A DNA stretch of 63,873 bases, filler included, from Chiloscyllium plagiosum (taxonomy: Eukaryota): the NCBI RefSeq assembly GCF_004010195.1. It is 5 parts of 5 records of this genome, joined end to end, with 100 filler letters (N's around TTAATTAATTAA, not from the genome) between each part and the next. Parts side by side here need not be neighbours in the genome. Positions count along the whole stretch, not along the records: positions 1 to 30,419 come from NC_057750.1; 4 more parts are not named here. One strand, 5' to 3'. How positions within the stretch are numbered: position 1 is the stretch's first letter; every line of letters begins with the position of its first letter. A program made the translations under genes and the position numbers. Shown in pieces: positions 12,030-24,220 of this stretch. The notes below the pieces were generated by a model that saw only the letters and a list, made by a program, of their open reading frames with translations, did not search any database and was not told the origin of the DNA.

Positions 12030-12266
12030 ATAAGAAATATAAGAACAGCTTTTGCCCTGCTGTAGTCAGACTTATGAATGGCCCTCTTATTATATTAGAG
12101 TTGATCTTTCTCTGCACCTTCTCTGTAGCTCTAACACTATGTCCTGCATTCTGTTCAATTACCCTGATGTATTTATGTAAGATATGATTTATCTGGTCAG
12201 GATAAAATATAATACTTTTCATTGTATCTTGGTACATGTGACAATAATAAATCAAATCAAATCAAA
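12030..12266 (+). mobile_element. Rex1/L2-like LINE 3' end with (ATCAA)n tail
   Basis: AAGAACAGCTTT...GACAATAATAAATCAAATCAAATCAAA; the same family occurs at ~45730-45995 and ~58750-59260. Confidence 0.7.
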
Positions 12267-14735
12267 TTAATGCTGCTATTGAATTGGTAACTGCTGTAAC
12301 TCAAAACCAGTAACTTTTGAAAAGGAACCAACAGACCCAGTTCCTTCTTAATGAAACAGAGGAAGCAACATAAGGCCAGGAAGTAATCACTGATCACTTG
12401 AATCTGTTCCATCATTTCATTAAAGTACCGAATGTTACTAAGGATGAATGGGTTCTGGTATACATAGGATCTCCTTAGGGCTAAAAACATTAATGGGAAA
12501 TAGAGCCGAAAGATTTGAATTACTTGGAGACACTGGAGAGACTGAGACCATTTCCTTAGGCTGCTAAGGGAGAGATTTAATAGAAGTGTTCAATGTCATG
12601 AAGTGTTTCAAATACATGGAGGTTTGGCAACCATAGAAACACATAATTTGTGTGACCTTTAATTTTTCTCTATATATCCTACATTTGGAGCCTTTATGTT
12701 CAAATCTTTGTGATCTAAACACTGGAATTCCTTCCATAAACCTTTCCACACCTATCTGTTGGGTCACTATAGCAATTTATTAAAGTCTGTCTTCTCATTG
12801 ATAAATATCATACAGTTTTCTTTAGTTGTTAAGACTTTGGTAATGTGTCCAGAATATCTCTGACCCAGAGTTAAGTGTTGTTCAACTTGCCCTGATGTTG
12901 ATGGTCTTGTGAAATCTTTATTTCATCAACTGCACAAGATAAATACCAATGTATTTACCTTATGAAGCACGACTTATTCCTCTCCTTAGCATAATGGCAA
13001 ATTCCTAGTGACCTCAATTTAGGTAAGGTGTTGTGGCAATGCAAAAAGTATAAGCTGGTTGCTGGATTAAGTCCAGTGTGGACAGACTTCCATTTAACAA
13101 ATGCATGAAAGAAACTGGGATCATTCTCTTTGAAGCAGAGACAGTGAGGTGGAAATTGAACTTGTTGTTATAATTATAATGGGCAATCTATAAAAGACAA
13201 GCAAAGTGTATCGACAAGTAAGCAGTGACACTAACAAATATGATGGACACCATGGCATATGACAGCATTTGAATTCGATAATAACATAATATCAGAAGAA
13301 CTCAGCGCAGGAGTATGCAATTCTGCACTCGTCATGTAACATGATTCGGCTGATCTCATCTCGGCCTCACCTCAACTTTTCTGCCTGCACCCAATACTTT
13401 TTAACATGTTCCTACTTAAAAATCTGTCCCTTCCTTAAATTTATTTACTGTCCCTGTATTCACCTTACTCCATGATTGCGAATTCCACAGATTCATGATC
13501 CTACGAGAGAAGCAATTTTACCTCGTCTCTATTTTAAATCTGCTATTCTGCAGCCTAAATCCATGGCCTCTCATTTCAGATTGTCTCAGAAAGGGAAACA
13601 ACTACTTTACATCTACTTTGTCAACTCCCTGTTAACACTTCATGTAGCTCAATTAGATCTCGTCTCATTCTCTAAACTCTAGCATCTATTGGCCTAAACT
13701 GCTCAATCTTGCCTTTACTTTCTGGAAAATACGTAGTGAACCTTCTCTGAATTGCCTCCACTGAATTACATACATCCTCAATTAACGATCAAAACCCAAA
13801 TTAAAAGCTAACCTATTGACTACTACTGCTGATTGTTGTAAAAGCCCTTTTGGTTCACTATTGCCTTTTAGGGAAAGAAAATTTGTCATCTTTACCCTGG
13901 TCTAATGTACATTTGATTCCACGTCCATAGCAATTTCGTAACTCTTAACTGCTTCTGTGGCCCAGGCAGCGATCCTCCCATCTCATGAAGACATTTCAAA
14001 CAAATGTTAATTGCAGCCATTGAACAGAAATGCAAATCTGAGGGAGAAGATCCCAGTAAAAGGGAAACTATTAGGAACAGACTCAAACTTTAGTTCTGGA
14101 CTTTTCCAAATGGAAGTGCCAGGACAAATGTTTGGAGACAAGACTTCACATCCCATGACAGTATCTGAAAAATTTAAATCAAGTTAGTTGCAATTCTGGA
14201 ATTAAAAACTAGGCCGACTCAGCAATGTTGACCTTGAACATTAAGGATTATTCTCATAATGTATTTTTTTTAGTTCAGTCCTTTAGGGAAGTGCATCTGA
14301 TATGTATACACTGTTTAAATTATTCTGACTTCAGACTAACCAAATGTGGTTGACTATCAGTTGTCCTCTAAAATCGTTGGCAGTCAACCTCAATCATTTG
14401 AGAGCAATTTGAGCTGAGAAATATTATTCGTATTGTCAACAATGCTTGCATGCCAGAACAAATAAACAAAAAGTAAACTTCACAAATGACGTTACGAACA
14501 TTTGACTGAATATCATTTGCAGGGCTTTTGAGGGGATAGCAGAGTGGTGATGAATTGAATATGTTACCAGTAATGAATTATATTCTTTATTTTCCTTTAT
14601 TTTAATTCCATGTTCTAAGGTCATCTCTAATTTCCTTTCAAAATGAATGTCTTGCTGGGTCATTTCAGATCATTCACTTAAGAAGGAAACACATTGTAAT
14701 GGGTGTGAACTCTCATGTAGGCTTATTAGATAAAT

Positions 14736-14944
14736 AGAGTTGAAAAATGTGATGCTGGAAAAACACAGCAGGCCAGGCAGCATCCGAGGAGCAGGAGAAT
14801 CGACGTTTCGGGCATAAGCCCTTCTTCAGGAATCCCGAAACGTCAATTCTCCTGCTCCTCAGATGCTGCCTGGCCTGCTGTGTTTTTCCAGCACCACATT
14901 TTTCAACTCTGGTACTCCAGCATCTGCAGTCCTCACTTTCTCCT
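14736..14944. mobile_element. Penelope-like pseudo-LTR fragment in inverted (hairpin) arrangement; minimal hammerhead motif at 14802-14829 (-)
   Basis: AGAGTTGAAAAATGTG...CACATTTTTCAACTCT inverted arms; minus strand reads CTGAAGA-AGGGCTTATGCCC-GAAACGTC. Confidence 0.75.
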
Positions 14945-15595
14945 TATTAGATAAATATGACAGATATCTTTCTCGAGAACATGTTGTCTTCTGTTCCCAC
15001 AGCAATCGATGATAGTTCCGTGATCATTACTTCTGCAATGAGATTTATGGTCTAATGTTATTAGCTGAGCTCAAATTCCATCGAGGGCTTTAGCCTGTTA
15101 GTCGACTCACTACCACTATGCCACAGCTCACCAATTTGTCTAGTATCTTCCCTTATTGCTGTATCATTCCATGGCTGCACGCATTATATTTAAGATCACA
15201 TTTCAGATATTAGACAAGAGTTGAATTTAGAAGTGCCTTCACCAATGAAACATTGTGAGCAAGAGTCCAATAAATTAAGGTAAGTAGGATAGCATGCTGG
15301 ACCAGAATTCTGTTAAAAATTTCCAGATTAATAGGAAAATAACACTGGCAAGAGGCAGAAAGAATTAGATCAATAAAAGATTCAGATTATCATCTTTGCC
15401 GTCCTTGATTATTTAACTTAAAATGCTTCCAGTTTCTAATGTGATTAGATCATTAATTGATAATAATTAACATGTGGTCAGCAAATAGTTGAAAGCGCCA
15501 AAGAACTTAATTATTCTGTGTACGATTGAAATTCTCGTTAGAATTTCATTCTCATCCATGCTCTTTGCATTAATATTTACTTAATTCCCTCACAG

Positions 15596-15937
15596 AAGGT
15601 GCTATCAAGGAACCCAGCATCACTATTTTTCAACCCTCTCCAGAAGAAGTTAATAAGAAGCAGAAGGCGACAGTGGTTTGCCTCATATCTAACTTCTATC
15701 CAGACAATGTCAAGATCACCTGGCTCATCGATAATGAGATTCAGCAGGCCAATGACATAAGGATTCTGACTGATCCTAATTCCAGATCAGTGGATGGGAA
15801 CAAATCCTACAGCATCACCAGTCGGTTAAGATTGGAGGCCCGTGATTTCGTCCAGCCTAGAAATGTTGCATGCAAAGCGGATCACTATACTTCAGAAAAA
15901 GCGATGACATACAATGCACATTTGACCATCAGTGTTA
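15596..15937 (+). CDS. TRBC: TCR-beta constant exon 1 (C1-set Ig domain)
   Basis: Acceptor CACAG| in phase 1; (E)GAIKEPSITIFQPSPEEVNKKQKATVVCLISNFYPDNVKITW...SYSITSRLRL...ACKADHY; KATxVC, FYPD and SRLR motifs. Phase-1 donor GTAGGT at 15938 (alternative 15932). Confidence 0.95.
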
Positions 15938-16210
15938 GTAGGTATTTGACTAAAACTCATTAAAATGTTCTGTGAGTTGCAAAGAATTTATACAGTTCCA
16001 GACTTTCAATTAAAAATATTCAATTGATAATTCCAGAAAAATCTAGACTCAGTTGCAACTGTAATGATGAATGTCAAAGTAAAGACTCATTTAAAAGACT
16101 TAACAGTTTGATAAGGTTTTGTGACTTACAACTTTGATTATCTGCATCTACACAATTGATACATAAAGTATTCTGATGCTAACAGCTTGTGTTTCTTTTT
16201 TTCTTTTCAG

Positions 16211-16231
16211 CAACCTGTGGTATTCGTAAAG
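16211..16231 (+). CDS. TRBC: TCR-beta constant exon 2 (connecting peptide TTCGIRK, interchain Cys)
   Basis: Polypyrimidine tract + CAG|, 21 nt, |GTGAGT; phase 1-1; contains the Cys-Gly pair. Confidence 0.93.
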
Positions 16232-16891
16232 GTGAGTCTCTAACTGTTTCTAACTGCTTCTGGACAACACACTAGAGGAAGGAGGGGAAAATCTTTTTAA
16301 AAATGCAGGGAAAATTTACCACAATAATTCTAGCAATGAGAGATTTCAGCTAATAAGTTAAAGGAGATGAGATTTTTCTCCTTGTAGGAGATTGTGGAGA
16401 GATTTGAAAGATTATTTCAGATTAGAGAAGGTAAATCAAGAAACTCTTTTCCCTGAGCTGATATCAGAAGAACTAGAGTAAGCTAGGGGAAGTAAATTGT
16501 GTGGAAATTCATGATTCAGAACATAACAATGGCCTGGTAATGCAGAGGACCTTTGTGGGAGTAGCGATGAGCTATTAATTCAAAAGGAAATTGAAATATT
16601 TGAAGGAAATAAATGATCAGAAAAGCAGACTGGAATTGACTAGTTTCTCTACAGAGAACACATATATATTCAATGGGTTGAATGTCTCCTTTTGTACCCT
16701 GAGATTTTAAATGATCGTGGCATTTGTTTTTGTTGATCTTGTTTAGTGGATGGGTATTGGCTTAGAAACTGCACAGAACTCAATGCTGCTTCAAGATCTT
16801 GCAGTTCAAATTGATATTTGATCCCAATTTTTAGCATGTCAGCATAAAAGAGACTCCTTCAAATAGCACATCTCCCGCTTAGTAAGCAGTA

Positions 16892-17691
16892 GGAGTGTAG
16901 GCCTCAATGATGAAGCTCACTTCTCTGGAGAAAGGGCATGAACATATTATCTTGTTACTCAGAGGAATGAACACAAATCACGATGATTCCTAATTTACAC
17001 ACTTCTGAGTTCCCAGTTCAGACATTGCTTTAAATTTTAGGATACAAAAGTTACTTTAATTCAAAGATGCCCAAAGAAAGCAGAATGTTTAAAATTAGAT
17101 ATGACATTTTGGAACAGACATTTTCTGATCAACTTGCTTCAGAGACTGAATTAGTGGTGCTGGAATAGCACAGCAGTTCAGGCAGCATCCAAGGAGCTTC
17201 GAAATCGACGTTTCAGGCAAAAGCCCTTCATCAGGAATCTGGTTTCCAGCATCTGCAGTCATTGTTTTTACCTTTTTGCTTCAGAGATGCTGGAGTGTAG
17301 GCCTCAATGATGAAGCTCACTTCTCTGGAGAAAGGGCATGAACATATTATCTTGTTACGCAGAGGAATGAACATAAATCACAATGATTCCTAATTTACAC
17401 ACTTCTGAGTTCCCAGTTCAGACATTGCTTTAAATTTTAGGGTACAAAAGTTACTTTAATTCAAAGATGCCCAAAGGAAGCATAATGTTTAAAATTATAT
17501 ATGACATTTTGGAACAGATATTTTCTGATCAACTTGCTTCAGAGACTGAATTAGTGGTGCTGGAATAGCACAGCAGTTCAGACAGCATCCAAGGAGCTTC
17601 GAAATCGATGTTTCAGGCAAAAGCCCTTCATCAGGAATCTGGTTTCCAGCATCTGCAGTCATTGGTTTTACCTTTTTGCTTCAGAGATGCT
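16892..17691 (+). repeat. Two-copy 400-bp tandem duplication in C-beta intron 2; each copy contains a Penelope-like fragment
   Basis: GGAGTGTAGGCCTCAATGATG at 16892 and 17292; constant 400-nt offset with few substitutions. Confidence 0.95.
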
Positions 17692-17964
17692 AGTACTCAG
17701 CCCTGGAGTCAATGGGACTTGAACCCAGGCATCTTGGTTAAGCATTAGAGACATTGTGGCACAAGAACCCCCACCTTGTTTGTATGAACTTACTATATTC
17801 AGGTAGGCCCTAGCGATAATTCTCTTGTCAAAGGTAGATCTTTTATGTTCTTGAAGATTGACACTAACAGTAGACTTCTGAAGTTCAAGTGTGTTATATT
17901 TTTAAACATATATATTGTTTGCTTTGAGAGAATCTAAATGTTGTTCACTATGATCATTTCACAG

Positions 17965-18071
17965 AAGAAAGAATCCAAAGCATGGGAACAGCAAAATTGA
18001 CGTACTTGATCCTGTTCTGCAAAAGCATCTTGTATGCAGTGTTCGTGTCATTTCTTGCTTGGAAAACTAAG
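17965..18071 (+). CDS. TRBC: TCR-beta constant exon 3 (connecting peptide + transmembrane)
   Basis: 107 nt; EERIQSMGTAKLTYLILFCKSILYAVFVSFLAWKTK with the conserved antigen-receptor TM pattern Y-x5-K-x3-Y; donor GTAGGA. Confidence 0.95.
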
Positions 18072-19992
18072 GTAGGATTGGACTGGCTTGTGATCTTCGA
18101 AATTTGTATGATAGATCTAAACTGTGTATTTGAAATAAGAATGAAAAAATGCATTTTACCCAGAGAATTGTGGTGTCTGAAATGTACTGTTTATAAGGGT
18201 AGTGGAGGCAGATAACCTCACAATGTTTAAAAAATGCTTGAATGAGCACTTGCAATATTACTAGACTGAGGGGCAAGTGCTGGAAAGTGGGACTTATGTA
18301 GATTTAGTGTAGCTTTGGCATTACAGATTTGATAGGCTGAAGAGCCTCTTCTGTACTGTATGATTCTATGATGTTTGTTCAACAGGTCTTTTTTTTGTTG
18401 ATTCATTTGATGTGGGTATTTATTGAAAAGGATATTTATTGTCCAATCCTATAGCCTTGAACAAGCTGGTGATGAGCTGCCTTCTTGAAAGGCTGCAGTT
18501 CTTGTTTCTCCCTGACACCCAAAAACTTCAGTTTTGCTAAAGCTTAATGTTGCTATCTTCAGTCAATTGTTGCCTTGATATCAAGGGCTATCACTCTCAT
18601 CTCACATACAGATTCATCAGTTTACATTTGTATTTTATCCCATGCTTTTCCAAATAAAATTCTATTCCACATTCATTTTAACTGCTCCCGATATCTCTGA
18701 AGTTATTGTGGAAACTCACCTATTCATTATTAGAATTATGAAAAAATAATAACAGAGAAAGAGATCATTTGGCACACCTTGTCCTATCCAATGCTCATAC
18801 ACTACACTAACCTGCTCCGATTCCATTTAATCTAAACTTTCTCGTGACTTGGCCTTCTTGCATTTGTCTACCTTTCAAATAAAGATGTCTATGCTATCAC
18901 CTCAGCAACTCTTCACAATTGCAGATGAAAATGAAAAGCAGAAACAGAATTTATTTTGACCTATCAACCTCATTCTTCCATTTAATTCAATAAATGGTCA
19001 ATTCTGCCTGATCCTCGAGTCTTTCATTCTGTTAATCCCTGCTTTAATGTAACCTGTTGGGGTACATGCTCATTTACCTTGTGAGAGTTGCATTTGTTTT
19101 TGAGGTTAGCTCACATTCTTCTAAATTCCATGGAACATAATGCTTTCCTACTAATTCACTCACCTTTGGCCCATCCCTTCATCTTGGGACACAATTATTT
19201 TGCATGCCTTCCTAAGTCAGGTTTATCCTTCCTTCTAGAAGGAGACCAAAATGGTGTATGGTATTCCAGGTGTTCCCTGGGTAATTACAGCAAGACATTC
19301 TTTCTTTTAATCTTGAATTAAATTGCAGCGGGTGACTTCCATCCCTAATTCTTTGCTCTCTCTGCATGTTCACTATTTGTTAATTGGGCACAAGGGCAGT
19401 TGGATCACTCGCACTACCAAGCTTTTCCAGTACCTTAAAATTTAATTAAAAATTTGCTTTTCGCCTTTTCCTACCAACTTCATATAATAAAAATAGAAAT
19501 TGCTGCAAAATCTTAGCAGGTCTGTGGAGAGAAACCAGTGCTAATGCTTTGGGTCCAGTGACCCTTCTGCAGAATTAGATTGTGTGAAGTACAGATAAAG
19601 TGCTGCTTCACCGAGATGGTGTATTTGAATACTGATCAGGGAGGAAGTAAACAGGTAGGTATTGCACTTTCTGCATTTGCAGGGGAAGGTGCCGCGGGGT
19701 CATTTGGAGTGAGGGATGAGTGGACCAGGATGTCCTGGAAGGCTGAAGGCTGAAAAGAGAGGGGAGGGGAATATGTGTTAGGTGATGGCATCCAACAGAG
19801 ATTCTGGAAATGGCAGCTAATGATCCTCTGGATGTGGATGCTGGTGCGATGGTAGGTAAGGCAAGGAGGACCTATTGCTGTTGTGTGATAAAAGAGAAGA
19901 GGTGAGAGCTGATATCCGGGAGATAGGTCCGACCCGGCTGAGGGCTCTGTCAACTATGGCATGAACGAATCCTTGGTTGGAGGGGTTTTTTT

Positions 19993-20274
19993 TAGATTAG
20001 ATTAGATTACTTACAGTGTGGAAACAGGCCCTTTGGCCCAACAAGTCCACACCAACCCGCCGAAGCGTAACCCACCCAGACCCATTCCCCTACATTTACC
20101 CCTTCACCTAACTTTTCTTTTGGATTGTGTGAGGAAACTGGAGCACCTGGGGGAAACCCATGCAGGCACAGGGAGAATGTGCAAACTCCACACAGAGAGT
20201 TGCCTGAGGCAGGAATTGAACCTGGGTCTCTGCTGCTGTGAGGCAGCTGTGCTAACCACTTTGCCACCATGCCA
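19993..20274 (-). mobile_element. tRNA-derived shark-type SINE
   Basis: Same head and tail as 9114-9429. Confidence 0.85.
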
Positions 20275-20691
20275 CACCAAGTGCTTTAATAACTTCATGG
20301 TATAGTTTGTCTACCACCTTCTTGGCCAATCTCCTAACCTACATAAAACCTGTCTCCCAAAATGCATCCCCCTCAAAAATGATCAAGATTTGCATTAGCA
20401 GGCAGCAGTGAGAATATGAGAGATATTTTACTATGTGGAGAAGTGTTATGATTAGACAGCACTGCTTAAAAGGAAGGTTAATAGAAGGAGATTAAGTTAT
20501 AATTTTCCAATGAGAGCAGAAGAACTGCTTTGAGCAGGGACAGAACTTGGAAAGTGGAGAATGAACAGGATAACTGGATAGCTCATTCAAAGTACTAGTA
20601 GGGGTACAATGGACAAGATATCTTCATTAAATATTCTGTCATTATATGATCCTCCTGATGGTAATATGTCTGTTTTCTTATTTGGTAATAG

Positions 20692-20718
20692 ATCTCTTCC
20701 AGCAAGCGGTTTGACTGA
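20692..20718 (+). CDS. TRBC: TCR-beta constant exon 4 (cytoplasmic tail ISSSKRFD*)
   Basis: TAG acceptor after a T-rich tract, phase 0, short basic tail, then TGA and non-repetitive 3'UTR-like sequence; AATAAA at 21430. Confidence 0.8.
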   Translation: MSSSKRFD

Positions 20719-21769
20719 TCATCATAAAGCACTGAACTCAATGAATGGATAATAGCCGAACACATGAAAGAGGGAGAAGAGACAAAGCAAGTGAATTGTG
20801 AATATCGATGGGTAACTTTATCCAGGCCATTCCTGCTGCAATCCTGAAACTTTGATCTTTTCCCTGACTCTCCAACAGTGTTGCTTGAGATTATCAGATT
20901 AAATTTATGCCTTGACTTGCTTTTTCAACAGAAATAATTATTTCATAGTCTAATTTCTTTAAGTGTCTGTGCTTTGAATAGATTAAATTTTGAGGGTGCA
21001 CCATTCCCATTCCAGTCTGTCATTCATTATCAAACGCTAGCCATTTTAAAAAAATCTTTAAGTAGAATTAGGGAGATTAAAATGCAAGAGGAGGATATTC
21101 AATGAATCATCCATGTGCCTGTTCTTTCAATGTCAACCATGAGTTCCAATAATTACAAGGCCAACAGTATCAGTTTCTCTAATCCATCTATGCAGGTGAA
21201 TTTCTGCATGCGAAATTGCATTTTCATAAAGCAATGTATATTATGAAGTAGTATAAAGCCTTTTGTAACTTAAGATCCCTTTAATGCAACTGTCAATGCT
21301 AATCACCTCATAGATTGCAATGAAAATGGAGATTAGAATCATGCATCATTTGTAACAGTGTTCAGTAGATAAAGTATAGTCAAGTAATGTGTAATTTTGT
21401 ACATATTGCTGTTTGTTAATTGTTTAAGAAATAAAAAGAACATTTTAAAAAAAATAATTGAACTTCTCTTCATTATTATTTGAATTTTGTCCCACGTCCT
21501 CTGCATTACAATTCCTAGGTATCTTACAATATGTATTTTGTTGAATGCTGTCGATGAAAGTATCAAAGGATAACACATGGAAAAAGATGTACAAGGAAGT
21601 TACCTTTATTATCCTTCAAAAAGAAGAGATGGAATGGTGCCATTATCATTAGAATATTAATCTAGGGACCCAGGTAATTTTCTGGAAACCTGGGTTGTAA
21701 ATCTACTATGGCAGAAGGAGAATTCTTTAAAAAAAGGTCTAAAATTGGGAGTCTAATGACAACTGTGAT

Positions 21770-23450
21770 AAGCAGTTTGATAACTTGGAAAGCAGTGATG
21801 GAATGCTTAGAGTCAGCACAGTCATGAAAGGAAAATCATGTTTGACATATTTATTTCGTTTTTGTGAGGATAATTAAAAGAGTTGAAAAGGGTGAGCAAG
21901 AGCTTGAGGTTTATTTGGATTTTCAGAAGATCCACAAAATGTTCCCACATAAGATATTAGACTTACATTAGTGTGTAAAATTAGGGCATATGGGATTGGG
22001 GATCGTGTGCTGACCTAGATTTAAAAACTGGTTGACAGACAGGAGTAGAAATAAACGGATCTTTTCCAGAGTGACAGGCACTGACTAGCAGAGTTTCTTA
22101 GTGAACAGTGCTCAACCCCAGCTACTCGCAATATATACTCATAATTTAGATAAGAAACTAAAATGTTTGCAGACAGAGCCAAACTTGGTGGAGAGTGCAC
22201 TATAATGATGAGGCAGAGATGTTTCAGTGCGACTTTGACAAGTTGAGTGAATGGGCAAATGCATTGTGAGTGAAGTATAATGTGAATAAGTGTGAGGTTA
22301 TCCACTTTGGCAGCAAAAATAAAAATTATAAAAATAACGATAAGATTATTACCCGAAGAATGACAGATTAGGGTGGTATAGGAAGGATAATATTAAACTG
22401 GAAATCATTCAGAAAAGATTTGCCACGATGTTGCTGGGAATAGAGGGATTGAATTAGAAGGACAGCCTGGATAGGCTGGGGCATTTTTCACTAGAGCATA
22501 GGAGATTGAGAGATGACCTGATAGAGGTTTATATAATCATGAGGGGCATATATAAGGTGAATAAAAACCTCGGGTGGGTGAGTTCAAAACTAGGGGGCAT
22601 GTTTTTAAGGTGAGAAGAGAAAGACTTGAAAAGAACCTGAGAAACACTTTTTGACACAGAGTGTGTCATATGTAGAATGAACTGCCAGTTGAAGTGCTAG
22701 ATGCAGTTACAGTTACAACATTTAAAGACATTTGGGTAAGTACATGAATAGGAAAGATTTTGAGGGATATGGGCCAAACGCAAGCAAGTAGAACTAGTTT
22801 GGTTTTGGAAACTTGATAGGCATAGATGAGTTGGACCAGAGTCTATTTCTTTGCAGTATGATTCTATGACTCGAGGCACAATGATAACTAGATAACCTTG
22901 TACACCAGTCACTGAAAGTAAGCTTGCAGGTGCAGCAGGCACATGAACAAAGCAAATATATATTGGCCTTCATAGCAAGAGGATTTGAGTACAAGTACAA
23001 GATGCCTTACTACAAATTTACAGCTAAAAAACATACCAGGGGTCTTAGCTGCAGTTTTGGACTCCTTATTTAAAGTAGGGTGTTCTAGCTATGGAGTGAT
23101 TGTCCTAAAGGTTTAGTAGATGCATTCTATGGTTGGCAGGATTGGTGTATGAAGATGGAGTGGATCGATCATGACTTATGTAGTGGAGTTTTGAAGAATG
23201 ATTGGGGCATCTCATAAATAAAACTATAAAATTCTGGCAGGCCTAGAGCAGGTAAAACAGGAAGGAAGTTCCCAATTACTGGGAAGTACAGAACCAGGAC
23301 TCACAGTCTTAGGATGCAGGGTAGGCCACTGAGATGAGGAGAAACATCTTAACCCAGAGAGTGGGAAACCTGTGATAGTGTTAGGGGCTAGTGTTAGGGT
23401 TCACCCATGGAATTCTTTTCCAGAGAAAGCAGTTGAGGCTAAAAGTTTCT
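21770..23450 (+). mobile_element. Degenerate CR1-type LINE with a nested second CR1 3' fragment (~22375-22872)
   Basis: Degenerate YLDFQK and KMFADRAKLGG motifs; the nested piece ends in TATGATTCTATGACTC. Confidence 0.7.
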
Positions 23451-23500
23451 GAATGATTCTCATTGTCCTTTTGTTTTCTTTTAATTTCCATTCAAATCTT

Positions 23501-23651
23501 NNNNNNNNNNNNNNNNNNNNNNNNNNNNNNNNNNNNNNNNNNNNNNNNNNNNNNNNNNNNNNNNNNNNNNNNNNNNNNNNNNNNNNNNNNNNNNNNNNNN
23601 NNNNNNNNNNNNNNNNNNNNNNNNNNNNNNNNNNNNNNNNNNNNNNNNNNN
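23501..23651. other. Intra-scaffold sequence gap (151 N)
   Basis: Run of N with no spacer. Confidence 1.
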
Positions 23652-24084
23652 TACTATCCCTCATTGCATGCCAATGTCTCTTACTTTTTCTGTTTCTCTC
23701 TCTGCCCACTGTCCCCACACTCTCTCGCATGAATTCAATTGTGTTCCTAATCATGTACCTTCTCTTTTCCAATATTATTACCTCCTTGTCTTCTTACCCA
23801 CCAAACTCCCACCTTTCCCAGCTCCCCCAGTCACTCTGAATATTTTCTTCAAGGGAAATGCAAAGTGCAACAAATGTCCTTTGACAGTGAGAAGAAGGAA
23901 GAGTGAAGAGAAAGCTTATTGGCATACTATAAAAATAGTAATTTTACTTTTGGGAAAGCTATAAACTAAGTGCAAAAGGCAATCATGTCTTTTGACTTTA
24001 AAGATGATATCAAGGAAAACACATTGCTGAAAAATATTGCTTCAAAACAATATTTGAATTGCAAATGGAAAGAAAAACAAGCCG

Positions 24085-24220
24085 TAGTGTAGTGAAACAC
24101 ATGTTGAACGGAAGTTGTGGGATCTGAGTTTTCAAATGGCGTGGTACAGCTTTCTGCTGAGAGGTTTCGAATGTAGGTCATTGCATACAAGTTTCTCTCT
24201 GTGGTTTAACGGAATGGGCT
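24085..24220. promoter_or_regulatory. Candidate regulatory element 3' of C-beta (ETS/RUNX motif pairs)
   Basis: CGGAAGT-TGTGGG at 24109-24121 and TGTGGTTT-AACGGAATG at 24200-24216; locally CpG-retaining. Confidence 0.35.

Noticed and set aside
14736-14944. Long hairpins (also 24350-24545, 28570-28750, 33497-33779, 37602-37719) as miRNA genes, MITEs or CRISPR-like repeats
   Set aside because: They are inverted fragments of the same dispersed Penelope-like families, with no repeat-spacer periodicity.
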